Shown: positions 27,708 through 37,917 of the stretch, piece by piece
Layout of the letters: every line of letters begins with the position of its first letter
Position numbering within the stretch: the stretch's first letter is position 1
Source of the DNA: an uncultured Candidatus Actinomarina sp.
GTDB lineage: Bacteria; Actinomycetota; Acidimicrobiia; Actinomarinales; Actinomarinaceae
Assembly: GCA_902599555.1 (NCBI GenBank)
Contig: CACKFQ010000001.1
Coordinates: 2,763-66,762, forward strand
Length of the DNA: 64,000 nucleotides
Direction: 5' to 3'
Position numbers and translations under genes: made by a program
Notes under the pieces: model-generated
Seen by the model: the letters and a program-made list of their open reading frames with translations, nothing else
Database searches by the model: none
What the model was told of the DNA's origin: nothing

Positions 27708-29080
27708 TAATCTAGTAAACAATAAGGATTTATTCTACCCCTTGAAGTTGGGTCTAAGTAAGGCAAAGAACAATTGACACTGTTAGGATTTCTAAGCCGA
27801 ACTTCAAAATGTAAGTGAGGGCCAGTTGATCTTCCTGTGGTTCCAATAGTACCAACCTGATCACCTGTAACTACCGTTTGGCCAACATTTACTAAAATCT
27901 TATCCATATGAAAATATAATGTTGTCATACCTCCACCATGATCAATGAACACAGTCCTACCCGCAAGTCCATAATATCTTGCAAGTATAACTACTCCTCC
28001 TGCAGCCGCCTTAATTGGTGTACCCCTAGAAGCAGCTATATCAATTGCTCCATGGAAGGAAGTAGTACCGCCCAGTCTTCTCCATTTATATCCACTAGAA
28101 ACATACCCTGTAGTAACTGGCCATGATAATTTATTAGGCGCAACACCCCCAGTACTACTTAGCCTATCAATATCTGCTTGAATAGCATCCTCTAGTTTTT
28201 CTAAGTCAGCATGTTCTTTGTCTAATTTTTCAAGTTCTTTATTTGCTTTATTTAGTAAGCTTTGAGCATTTTGCCTTGCTCTCAAAACTTGAGCCTTTTT
28301 GGATTCTACAAGTTTTTTCTCACGCTCTACAGCTTCCTTTTTTTCTTCAATTTCTTCGGCATATTTCTCAGCTTCTATAGAAATCTCATTTTTTCTTTCT
28401 TCTTCATTTTGTAAGTTTGTAACAATCTCAACCCTTTCCTCTTCACGTTGCGTTAAAAATTCTGTTTGACTTGACGCTAGGGATTGTAATGCATTTAACT
28501 TCTCAACAATTTCATAAGCAGAATCAACAACTGTAGAAGCATATCCTAAAGCTACTAAAAAACTTGATAATTCATTAAGTTCTATAAAAAGTGCTGTCGC
28601 TGGGCTCATAACACCATTTATATAGAGACTTACAGCTTGCTCTTGCAAACTCTCATCTGCTTTGAGGAGATTCTTTTGTGTTTCTAAAAGCTCGTTTGAA
28701 ATATCAGAAATTTCACTTTTAATTTTTCCAAGTTTTATTTGCTCTTGAATTATATTTTCTTGAACGGCTACAAGATCATTAAGTGAATAATCATAGTTTT
28801 CTAATGCTTTATTAAGATCTCTTTCGACTAATGCTAATCTGCTTTGTACTTCAGCTAACTCACTATTAACTTGGGCAAGATCTTTATCGTTTGCGATGAT
28901 TGCTTTTTCTAAATCTGTTCTTTCTCCCTCATATTTACTTATTTGTTCTGCAATTGCTTGTAATTGTTTTTCAACTTCAATTAATCTATCTTCAGCAGTA
29001 ATAGCCTTTAAGTCACTTGGAAATAAAATAGAAGTGAAAAAAAAGATTGGAGTAATTAATATAGCTATTTTTTTAATCAT
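27707..29080 (-). CDS. Coiled-coil M23 peptidase (EnvC/RipC-like murein hydrolase activator)
   Basis: Signal peptide, long coiled coil, HGAIDIAA, HGGG.TTLYFH, STGPHLHFEVR. Confidence 0.9.
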   Translation of the reverse strand: MIKKIAILITPIFFFTSILFPSDLKAITAEDRLIEVEKQLQAIAEQISKYEGERTDLEKAIIANDKDLAQVNSELAEVQSRLALVERDLNKALENYDYSLNDLVAVQENIIQEQIKLGKIKSEISDISNELLETQKNLLKADESLQEQAVSLYINGVMSPATALFIELNELSSFLVALGYASTVVDSAYEIVEKLNALQSLASSQTEFLTQREEERVEIVTNLQNEEERKNEISIEAEKYAEEIEEKKEAVEREKKLVESKKAQVLRARQNAQSLLNKANKELEKLDKEHADLEKLEDAIQADIDRLSSTGGVAPNKLSWPVTTGYVSSGYKWRRLGGTTSFHGAIDIAASRGTPIKAAAGGVVILARYYGLAGRTVFIDHGGGMTTLYFHMDKILVNVGQTVVTGDQVGTIGTTGRSTGPHLHFEVRLRNPNSVNCSLPYLDPTSRGRINPYCLLD

Positions 29081-29948
29081 TTAAAGCTTTTCTTATACCA
29101 ACAAATGAAGCAAACAATCCAAATACAAGTGAAAATAACAATAAAGACAAAGTTAAAAATATTAAATAATCATCAGAAATTGTTATGTCAAAGATGCTTT
29201 CTGCGACTATAGAATTTTTAGAGTATTCTATTACAGCCCAGCCAAATCCTACAGCAATACTTGTACCGATCAAAGATTCAACCACTGCCTCTAAAATAAA
29301 TGGCAACCTTATATATGTTGAGGAAGCCCCTAATAGCCTCATTATTTTTATCTCTTTCCTTTTTGAATAGGCAGCAAGCCTTAGAGTATTGATAATTAAT
29401 ATAAATGCTGCAAAACCTATCAGCATCGCAAAAGCTGTAGCTGAAATTACTAAAGTTTCTGTAAGGCTTAAAAGTCTTTTGATTGCTTCACCAGATGAAC
29501 GAATTTCTTTCACAGCAGGGTTTCCTTCAAGCCTATCTATAATCAAGGTGTAATCTGATGGATCGTTTAAATTAATTCTCAATGAGGAAGGTAAAATTTC
29601 AAAATCGACTTCTGCAAGAAGCTCGGGTTGATCTTTGAATAATGATTGAAATTCTTCTTTAGCCTCAGGTTTTGAAAAATAATCTACAATTCTTACTTCT
29701 GGATAACTCTCTAAAGATTCCTGTAATTGCTTATGCGCAGTAGTGGTAACTCTATCGTCAAGAAAGACAACCACATGTACACCACTTTGCCAACGTAGGG
29801 TATTATTTTGCACAATAGATCTTGCAGATAACGTGGTAAAAACAAGAAAGCTAGAAACTAAGACAGCAATAATCGTAGCAAATACTAGCAGGGGGGCTCT
29901 TTTAATGTTAAGAAATGTGTTTTTTAAAACATATGATAATTTACCCAT
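29073..29948 (-). CDS. ftsX: Cell division permease FtsX
   Basis: Downstream of ftsE; VFL, INTLRL..YSKRKEI.IMRLLGA...YIRLPF.LE. Confidence 0.93.
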   Translation of the reverse strand: MGKLSYVLKNTFLNIKRAPLLVFATIIAVLVSSFLVFTTLSARSIVQNNTLRWQSGVHVVVFLDDRVTTTAHKQLQESLESYPEVRIVDYFSKPEAKEEFQSLFKDQPELLAEVDFEILPSSLRINLNDPSDYTLIIDRLEGNPAVKEIRSSGEAIKRLLSLTETLVISATAFAMLIGFAAFILIINTLRLAAYSKRKEIKIMRLLGASSTYIRLPFILEAVVESLIGTSIAVGFGWAVIEYSKNSIVAESIFDITISDDYLIFLTLSLLLFSLVFGLFASFVGIRKALND

Positions 29949-29950
29949 AT

Positions 29951-30634
29951 CTACCTGACTACATAACTTCCATTTAATTCATCTCGTATTATTTTTCCAT
30001 CTTTAAGTTCTATTATTCTTTTTTTTCTTCTATTTACTATTGAAGAATCGTGTGTTGCCATCACAACTGTTGTTCCAGCTCTATTAATTTTTTCTAACAA
30101 TGAAATAATTTGAATACTCAAGTCAGGGTCTAAGTTTCCTGTCGGTTCGTCGCAAAGCAAGACCGAGGGATTGTTTGCTAATGCCCTAGCAATACTAACC
30201 CTAGTTTGCTCACCTCCAGATAATTGTCCAGGATATTTGTAAGCACTTTCATTTAATTCAACTAAATCTAAAAGAGTACTGGTTTTTGCATCAATTTCTT
30301 CAGGCAAGCTACCCATGACCTCTAAAGCAAAAGAAATGTTTTCATAAGTGTTTCTATTTTCCAACAATTGTGGTTCTTGTGTTACTATTCCAATTTTTCT
30401 TCTTAGCAAGGGAATTTTCCATTTAGGTAGACTAGAAACGTCAATATTAGCTACTTCTATTTCACCATGTGTGGCTACATACTCCTTATAAAGCAATTTT
30501 AACAAGGAAGTTTTACCACTTCCAGAATGACCTACTAAGTAAACAAATTCACCCTCATTTACTGCAACTGAAGCATTAGATATTGCTACACTTCCACCTT
30601 GAAAAACTAATGAAACATTTTTTAAACTAATCAT
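29951..30634 (-). CDS. ftsE: Cell division ATPase FtsE
   Basis: GHSGSGKTS, LRRKIG.V.Q, LSGGEQ, DEPTGNLDP, GTTVVMATHD. Confidence 0.95.
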   Translation of the reverse strand: MISLKNVSLVFQGGSVAISNASVAVNEGEFVYLVGHSGSGKTSLLKLLYKEYVATHGEIEVANIDVSSLPKWKIPLLRRKIGIVTQEPQLLENRNTYENISFALEVMGSLPEEIDAKTSTLLDLVELNESAYKYPGQLSGGEQTRVSIARALANNPSVLLCDEPTGNLDPDLSIQIISLLEKINRAGTTVVMATHDSSIVNRRKKRIIELKDGKIIRDELNGSYVVR

Positions 30635-31731
30635 TTATTCCCTGTCTTCGCCATTTTAGATACTCTTTGATAAAAATGGAAATATCACCATCAAGAACAT
30701 TGGCAACATTGCCAACTTCAGTATTACCTCTAGCATCTTTCACTTGTTGATAAGGTTGTAATACATATGACCTAATCTGTCGACCCCAACCAGCCTCATG
30801 TTGGTCTCCTCTAATATTATTAATTTTTAGAAGTTCTTCTTCTTTTTGCTTAAGAATTAGTTTTGTCTTTAATAATTCAAGAGCTCTATTTTTATTTTGT
30901 AATTGAGATCTTTCAGCTTGGCATGCAACAACAATCCCTGTTCCAATATGTGTTATTCTTACTGCTGAATCAGTTGTATTCACATGCTGACCACCAGCTC
31001 CCGATGATCTATAAACATCTACTCTTATTTCATCATCCTGAATTATTATTTCTTCATTATGTTCAATAAGTGGGACAACATCTACACCCGCAAAACTAGT
31101 GTGTCTTCTTTTATTGCTATCAAATGGGCTTATCCTTACAAGTCTATGTACTCCTCTTTCGCTTTCCAAAGTTGCATACGCTCTATATGAATCCACTCTT
31201 ATTGAGGCAGATTTTATTCCAGCTTCTTCTCCTTGTGAAATTTCTTCAATTTGATACTTCATATCTTGACTAGATAAAAATCTGGTATACATTCTAAATA
31301 ACATCTCAGCCCAATCGTGAGCATCAACTCCACCTGCACCAGCATTGATAGTGATAACAGCATTTAAATCATCATATTCACCAAAATAAAGAGCTTCGTC
31401 TTCTATTTCTTGAATTCTGTTTTCAATATTTTTTAATTCATTAGAGTATTCGCCTTCATTAATATCATCCTCTTTAGTTAGTTCAATCAGTTCATTAAAT
31501 TCCAATAAATCATTTTCAAGATTATTTAGTGATAAAATTAATTTTTCTATTGAAGATGCTTCAATAGAAACTTTTTGAGCCAACTTGGGATTATCCCAAA
31601 AATTCTTATCGTTTATTTGAGAGTTAAGTTCTTTTAATCTATTTGATTTATTATCAAAGTCAAAGATACTCCTTGGCTGAAGTTAAACGATTGCTAAATG
31701 AAGTTAGCTTGTTTCTGATATCTTTTTGCAT
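30627..31731 (-). CDS. prfB: Peptide chain release factor 2 with programmed +1 frameshift (join 31731..31663, 31661..30627; 367 aa)
   Basis: MQKDIRNKLTSFSNRLTSAKEYL, then AGGAG-TAT-CTT-TGA-C, then DFDNK...FWDNP; GGQ and SPF motifs. Confidence 0.95.
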
Positions 31732-34310
31732 TTTTCATCTATTCCACATTTTTTATATTTTATCCCACAACCAAGGGGGCAGGGATCATTCCTACCAATT
31801 TTGTCCTTGATTACCGTCTTACCTTTAACTTTATCGTCGTTGTTACTGTCTTTTTGTATTATTAAATTTTTGTCAAAATTTAATAATATTCTAATCACAG
31901 AATATTTAACATTATCAATTAGTTCTTCAAAGAGGTCGTAACCCTCATTTTGATACTCTACTAGAGGATCTCTTTGACCCATTGCTCTTAGGCCAATTCC
32001 AGATCGTAAATAATCCATTTCTGAAAGATGATCTTTCCAGGACTGATCAATAAATGAAAGGGCCGATCCTCTTGCCAAATTCCAGAAATTTTGCTGATCT
32101 TGTTTTTCATTATTATAAAAAAGTTCTTTAAGGCTATCAAAAATATCTAAGTTATCATTGATTTCTAAATTTTTAAATAATTTATTTTTTGATGCATCAC
32201 TTAAAAGTTCGCTTAATTCGTTTTTGACCATATCTTTAAATTGATCTAAACTTTCATAGTTCTTTTTATACTCTTCAATATTCTTAGAAATTAGATTTGC
32301 AACGTCATTAAACCAGTCTTCAATAAAATTAGATATGCTGTCTGATCTTAATAACTCTCTTCTCCATTTGTATATTACATCGCGTTGCTGGTTTAACACC
32401 TGGTCAAACTTGAGTACATTTTTCCTTATTTCAAAATTTAGTGACTCTACCTGTGCTTGAGCTCTTTCTATACTTTTTGTAACCATTGATTGTTCAATTT
32501 TTTCTTCATCAGGTAGATTTAATTTATTCATAATAGATTCAATTCTCTCACCTTGAAATCTTCGCATTAAATCATCCTGTAAAGATATGTAAAATCTTGA
32601 CTCACCCGGATCACCTTGTCTTCCAGATCTACCTCTTAACTGGTTATCAATCCTTCTAGATTCGTGTCGTTCTGTACCGAGAACATACAAACCACCAAGG
32701 GTTAATACTTCCTGCTTTTCTTTTTCTACTTCTAATTCAAATTCAATTAATTTAGATTTCAAATAGTCAGAATTATCTTTTTGATTATCTTTTATTTGCT
32801 GCTGAATTGCCATTTCTTCGGGATTTCCACCAAGTTTTATGTCAACACCTCTACCAGCCATATTTGTTGCTACTGTAACTGCTCCCAATCTTCCAGCCTG
32901 AGCTATTATGTGAGCCTCTTGTTCATGATTTTTGGCATTTAACACATTGTGTACAATTCCCTTTGAAGTTAGAATTTTTGAAATTTCCTCTGAAGCTTCA
33001 ACAGAAACCGTCCCTAAAAGAACTGGTTGACCCTTTTCATTTCGAATTTTTATGTCCTCAATAACAGCATTGAGCTTTGCAATATTTGTTTTATATACTG
33101 CATCTTGTTGATCCATTCTCTGAATAGGTAAATTTGTTGGAATCTCAACTACTTCTAAATTATAAATTTGAACAAATTCCTCTTCTTCAGTTTTAGCCGT
33201 ACCTGTCATTCCTGCCAAGTTTTCATACATTCTGAAATAATTTTGATAAGTTATCGAAGCTAAAGTTTGATTCTCATCTTGAATTTTAACATTTTCTTTA
33301 GCTTCTAATGCTTGATGTAGACCATCTGAATATCTTCTACCTTCAAGCACTCTTCCAGTAAACTCATCGACAATCTTTATCTGACCATCCGCAACTATGT
33401 AATCCACATCCTTAGTAAATATAGTTTTAGCTCTTAAAGTCGCAGTTAGGTAATGAATAAAATTTGTTTGAGTGTTTTCATAAAGGTTATTGATTCCAAG
33501 TTTTGACTCTACATACTCAACCCCTGCTTCTGTTGTATGAACCTGTTTCTTAGCCTCGTCAATTTCATAGTGTATGTCTTTTTTCATGCCTCTGACAATT
33601 TTTGTAAAATCTGCGTACCATTTTGTAGCATCGCTAACTTTTCCAGAAATAATTAATGGAGTTCTTGCTTCATCAACAAGTATTGAATCTACTTCATCGA
33701 TTACACTATAAAATAATTCACCTTGTACAAGCTGTTCACTTGACACTGCCATATTGTCTCTTAAATAATCGAAGCCAAATTCATTATTAGTTCCGTAAGT
33801 AATGTCTTTTTTATAAGATACAGCCTTGTCTAATGGATCTTGGTTTGAATGAATAAGACCAACTTCCAATCCCAAAAATTCATATATTGGACTCATCCAT
33901 TCGGCATCTCTTTTTGCCAAGTATTCGTTAACTGTTACAACATGAACTCCCTTTTTGTATAAGGCCATTAATGAAATTGGTAAGGTTGAAACAAGTGTCT
34001 TGCCTTCTCCTGTTTTCATTTCTGCAATTTTGTTTCTTAGTAAAACGAGTCCTCCAAAGATTTGTACATCATAATGTCTTTGGCCCAAGGTTCTTTTTGC
34101 AGCTTCTCTTGTATAAGCGAAGGCATCAATTTCAATACTTTGTGGACTATCTTCTAATTTTTCAGATAAATTTTGAAAGTTTGTTTTTATTTCTTTATCA
34201 GAAAACTTTTCAAATTCTTGCTCTTTACTATTTATTGCAGCAACTATTGCATTGAGTTCTGAAGCAAGTTTCCCACTTCCAACAGATAAGACTTTTTTAA
34301 AAATACTCAA
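31704..34310 (-). CDS. secA: Preprotein translocase ATPase SecA
   Basis: EMKTGEGKT, DEVDSIL.DEARTPLIISG, ATNMAGRG.DI, GRSGRQGDPG, C-terminal GRNDPC. Confidence 0.98.
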   Translation of the reverse strand: MSIFKKVLSVGSGKLASELNAIVAAINSKEQEFEKFSDKEIKTNFQNLSEKLEDSPQSIEIDAFAYTREAAKRTLGQRHYDVQIFGGLVLLRNKIAEMKTGEGKTLVSTLPISLMALYKKGVHVVTVNEYLAKRDAEWMSPIYEFLGLEVGLIHSNQDPLDKAVSYKKDITYGTNNEFGFDYLRDNMAVSSEQLVQGELFYSVIDEVDSILVDEARTPLIISGKVSDATKWYADFTKIVRGMKKDIHYEIDEAKKQVHTTEAGVEYVESKLGINNLYENTQTNFIHYLTATLRAKTIFTKDVDYIVADGQIKIVDEFTGRVLEGRRYSDGLHQALEAKENVKIQDENQTLASITYQNYFRMYENLAGMTGTAKTEEEEFVQIYNLEVVEIPTNLPIQRMDQQDAVYKTNIAKLNAVIEDIKIRNEKGQPVLLGTVSVEASEEISKILTSKGIVHNVLNAKNHEQEAHIIAQAGRLGAVTVATNMAGRGVDIKLGGNPEEMAIQQQIKDNQKDNSDYLKSKLIEFELEVEKEKQEVLTLGGLYVLGTERHESRRIDNQLRGRSGRQGDPGESRFYISLQDDLMRRFQGERIESIMNKLNLPDEEKIEQSMVTKSIERAQAQVESLNFEIRKNVLKFDQVLNQQRDVIYKWRRELLRSDSISNFIEDWFNDVANLISKNIEEYKKNYESLDQFKDMVKNELSELLSDASKNKLFKNLEINDNLDIFDSLKELFYNNEKQDQQNFWNLARGSALSFIDQSWKDHLSEMDYLRSGIGLRAMGQRDPLVEYQNEGYDLFEELIDNVKYSVIRILLNFDKNLIIQKDSNNDDKVKGKTVIKDKIGRNDPCPLGCGIKYKKCGIDEKCKKISETS

Positions 34311-34312
34311 AT

Positions 34313-35557
34313 TTAGCTAGTGCCATGCTCCCATGAGTCAAGATAATTAATTTGTTCCTCTGTAAGGATTTCTAACTCACCGCCCATAAGTCCTAATTTT
34401 GTTGCAGCTATCTTCAAATCTACTTCTTTTGGAAGTGTATAAACTTTTGATTCAAGATTTTTATAATTATCTTTTATCCACTCAGCTGCAAGAGCCTGGT
34501 TTGCAAATGACATGTCCATAACAGATGCTGGGTGTCCAGTTGCTGCAGCTAAATTCACTAGCCTACCTTCCGCAAGAACTAAAATTTCTTTATCGTTATA
34601 TTTATAGCTTTCAACATGCTCTCTAACTCTATCGATACTTGAACTGTGCTCTTTAAGGGCGTTAAGATTTATTTCAACATCAAAATGACCTGCATTTGCC
34701 AGAGCTACTCCATCCTTCATAACATCAAAATGTTGCTTATCTAAAGCATGCATATTGCCAGTTACAGACACAATAACATCGGCTATTTTTGCGGCATTAA
34801 TGCTGGTTTTTACCTCATAACCATGCATTAATGCTTCTAAGGCTCTTACTGAATTTGGTTCAACTACTGTTACTTTAGCTCCCATACCATAAGCTCTTTC
34901 GGCAACTCCTTTACCACAATCGCCAAATCCAATAACTACAACATTTAATCCTGCAATAAGTAAATCTGTTGCCCTAACAACACCGTCCATCGCACTCTGG
35001 CCAGTACCGAATCTGTTATCAAAAAGATGTTTAGTATCGGAATCATTTACTGCAACAACAGGAAATCTTAGTTTGTTATTTTTTTCCATAGATTTAAGTC
35101 TTATCACTCCAGTTGTAGTTTCTTCCATCGATCCCATTACAGGTATGTCGGATCTATCTGTGTGTAGAAGAGAAACTAAATCTGCTCCATCATCCATTGT
35201 TATATCTGGTTTAGTATCTAATACAGAATTAAGATGCATGAAAAAATCTTCATTGCTTACACCATGTATTGCATGAACCTCAACACCACTTTCAGCAAGA
35301 TAAGCTGCTACTGAGTCTTTGGTAGAAAGAGGATTAGAAGCACACAATGCAACATTCGCACCTGCTGACTGTAAAGTTAACATCAAATTCGCAGTTTCTT
35401 TGGTAACGTGCATGCATGCACCTATATTTAATCCATCTAGTGGTTTTCTCTTTTCAAAATCAATTTTTATATCTTCCAAAACTTGCATTTGTCTCTGGGC
35501 CCAATTAACTTCGTCTTTTCCAACATAGGCTAATTTAGGGTCTTTAATTGTTGACAT
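34313..35557 (-). CDS. ahcY: S-adenosylhomocysteine hydrolase
   Basis: CMHVTKETA.L, SNPLST, DDGADL, EETTTG, K.LFDNRFGTG.S, NAGHFD.EI, GHP..VMDMSF. Confidence 0.97.
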   Translation of the reverse strand: MSTIKDPKLAYVGKDEVNWAQRQMQVLEDIKIDFEKRKPLDGLNIGACMHVTKETANLMLTLQSAGANVALCASNPLSTKDSVAAYLAESGVEVHAIHGVSNEDFFMHLNSVLDTKPDITMDDGADLVSLLHTDRSDIPVMGSMEETTTGVIRLKSMEKNNKLRFPVVAVNDSDTKHLFDNRFGTGQSAMDGVVRATDLLIAGLNVVVIGFGDCGKGVAERAYGMGAKVTVVEPNSVRALEALMHGYEVKTSINAAKIADVIVSVTGNMHALDKQHFDVMKDGVALANAGHFDVEINLNALKEHSSSIDRVREHVESYKYNDKEILVLAEGRLVNLAAATGHPASVMDMSFANQALAAEWIKDNYKNLESKVYTLPKEVDLKIAATKLGLMGGELEILTEEQINYLDSWEHGTS

Positions 35558-35562
35558 AATTT

Positions 35563-36558
35563 TTATCCTTTTAATAATTTTTTTAATTTTTCGATTGCAA
35601 TAATGTCATATGGGTCTATTTCTAAATTGTTAGCCATATTAACGCTTACTAAATCACCTATTAATGTTAAATGAAATAAATTACTAATAATATTTTCTGA
35701 AGATATATTCTTTATTTCAGAAATATCAACTTTGTCGCCGATGATTTCTTTTGTTAGTTCAAATCTCTTACTAATTTGAGAATTTTCTTTAGAAGATCTT
35801 AAAAATAATAACTGATAATTATTCTTGGAACCTTCTTTATTTGCTTCCCAAGACAGTATTTCATTATGATGTACCTCAGGCATGTAGCCAACAAAAGCTT
35901 TAGATTTTGCGTTTTCATTAATTTGTGTCTTCCATCGTTGAGCAACTAAGTATGTTAAAGGCGTACCTCCATAAATTACTGATGTCTTAGATCCTATCTC
36001 TTTTGAAATCTGTAAAGCTTGTGATAGTAACTTATTTCCTAATTGGTTTGCTAAAGCCTCATTTAAATAATCGCCAGCTTGATCACACATCTCTAAATAT
36101 TTTCTATCTGTATCAGAATAAACGTAATGCATTACAGCTTTAGTCATTAATCCAAATGCTGCTCTAGGTTGGAGACCTGGTGGAACTTTAACAAATGGTC
36201 GTTTATGCTCTTCTGCTAGTTCTAGCAACTGTCCTCCACTTGAAATTACTGACCAATCTAATTTATATTTAATTGCATCATTTACAGCTTCAACGGTCTC
36301 TTCTGTGTTCCCAGAATAAGAAATAAAAAGACACTTTGGCTTCCTGTTAGCAACAACTTCTGGAATTCCATATGCTTTTCTAACTTCAACATTTATTTGA
36401 GTATTTTCATTTAAAACAAGCTTTAAAACATCCCCCGCAACTCCAGAACCACCCATACCAATAATTAATAAATCATTGTATGAATCAATTGCAAAATCCG
36501 TTGAAGTTTCTAACTCTTTTTTCAATTGATTACCTAAATCAAGTATGTGTTCAATCAT
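35563..36558 (-). CDS. Bifunctional phosphoglucose/phosphomannose isomerase (SIS domain)
   Basis: GMGGSG, SYSGNTEET, SSGG.L, QPRAA, RWKTQINENAK, PEVHHNEI. Confidence 0.9.
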   Translation of the reverse strand: MIEHILDLGNQLKKELETSTDFAIDSYNDLLIIGMGGSGVAGDVLKLVLNENTQINVEVRKAYGIPEVVANRKPKCLFISYSGNTEETVEAVNDAIKYKLDWSVISSGGQLLELAEEHKRPFVKVPPGLQPRAAFGLMTKAVMHYVYSDTDRKYLEMCDQAGDYLNEALANQLGNKLLSQALQISKEIGSKTSVIYGGTPLTYLVAQRWKTQINENAKSKAFVGYMPEVHHNEILSWEANKEGSKNNYQLLFLRSSKENSQISKRFELTKEIIGDKVDISEIKNISSENIISNLFHLTLIGDLVSVNMANNLEIDPYDIIAIEKLKKLLKG

Positions 36559-36564
36559 TATTAT

Positions 36565-37896
36565 CTATATGGTAGTTGAAATTTTCTCTAAAACTTCATC
36601 AAGTATTTTTTGAGATGGAGCTTCTATATTAACTCTTAATTTAGGTTCGGTGTTTGAGCCTCTAACATTGAACCAAAAATTTTCATCAAAATATGAAAGA
36701 CCATCAAGTTCATCAAAGTCACCTGTAAAAACAGTTTTAATTTTCTCCAAAGAACTTTTTACATCTTCAACTACATAGTTGATTTCTCCTGATGAAGGGG
36801 GGAAATTATACTTATCGATCATACTGCTAACCTTCTCTCCCCTCTCAGAAATAATGCTCATAAACATTAAGAGAGTAAGTATTGCGGAATCAGCAAAATA
36901 ATTATCCTTATAATAAAAATGAGCGCTATGTTCACCACCAAAATCTGCTTCGAGTTCTTTCATCATTGCTTTTATGTTTGAATGCCCTACTTTACATCTA
37001 AATAAAGAAATATTTTTTGACTCAAGTATTGATAAAGCGTGAGGAGAAACATTTACGTTGTAGACAACTCTTAAATTTCTGTTTTTCTCAGATAAATAAT
37101 CTGCAATTAGTGTTGTCATCATACTGCCAGATACAACTTTTCCAGCATTATCAATAAAAACTGCTCTATCAGCATCACCATCAAAAGCTACTCCGAAATC
37201 TAGTTTTTTTTCTTGAACGAGTTTTATAATCTCTTTCAAGTTTTCTTTATTAGATGGATCAGCTGGATGATTTGGAAAATTTCCATCTACTTCCATATAA
37301 AGTTTTTCACAATTAAAGTTATAAATTGTTGTTAAGTTGTTGAATACTGAACCTATTGCACCATTTCCTCCATCAACTCCAAATTTAATTTGTCTATTTA
37401 TTTTTTCTGGTGATACTAGTTTTTGTATATGTTCAAAATATAGATCCAATTCATTGTTTGTTTTTAAATTAAGATTGCTTATTTCACCTAAATCTATATT
37501 TTTAATATTGTTTTTTATTTCTAATAGGCCTGAATGCTCTCCGATGGGCACTGCTCCTGAATTGCAAAGTTTTAATCCATTATATTCTTTAGGATTATGA
37601 GATGCAGTAATTATTACTCCAGGTAAATCAAGTAATCCCGATAAAGAATAGACAACATCTGTTGGAACAAGACCAACATACAAAACAGATTTACCACTGT
37701 TAGATATACCAGATGCAACTGCATTTAACATTTCGATATTGGATAAACGACCATCATGACCAATCAAAATTGTTTCTGAATCAACAAATTCTGCAAAAGA
37801 ATGTCCTATTTTATAAGCATCTTGCAAAGATAGAGTATCGCCAAATACACCTCTAATATCGTAGGATTTAAAAATAACATCTAGATTATTACTCAT
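36565..37896 (-). CDS. manB: Phosphomannomutase/phosphoglucomutase
   Basis: FKSYDIRG, TASHNP, FPNHPADP, FDGDADR, GGEHSAH, RGSNTEP. Confidence 0.93.
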   Translation of the reverse strand: MSNNLDVIFKSYDIRGVFGDTLSLQDAYKIGHSFAEFVDSETILIGHDGRLSNIEMLNAVASGISNSGKSVLYVGLVPTDVVYSLSGLLDLPGVIITASHNPKEYNGLKLCNSGAVPIGEHSGLLEIKNNIKNIDLGEISNLNLKTNNELDLYFEHIQKLVSPEKINRQIKFGVDGGNGAIGSVFNNLTTIYNFNCEKLYMEVDGNFPNHPADPSNKENLKEIIKLVQEKKLDFGVAFDGDADRAVFIDNAGKVVSGSMMTTLIADYLSEKNRNLRVVYNVNVSPHALSILESKNISLFRCKVGHSNIKAMMKELEADFGGEHSAHFYYKDNYFADSAILTLLMFMSIISERGEKVSSMIDKYNFPPSSGEINYVVEDVKSSLEKIKTVFTGDFDELDGLSYFDENFWFNVRGSNTEPKLRVNIEAPSQKILDEVLEKISTTI

Positions 37897-37917
37897 TACC
37901 CAATTATTGTACTCTTG

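Noticed and set aside
35558-35562. SAH/SAM riboswitch before ahcY or cobalamin riboswitch before pduO
   Set aside because: Only 5 bp precede ahcY and 15 bp precede pduO, too little room for either RNA.
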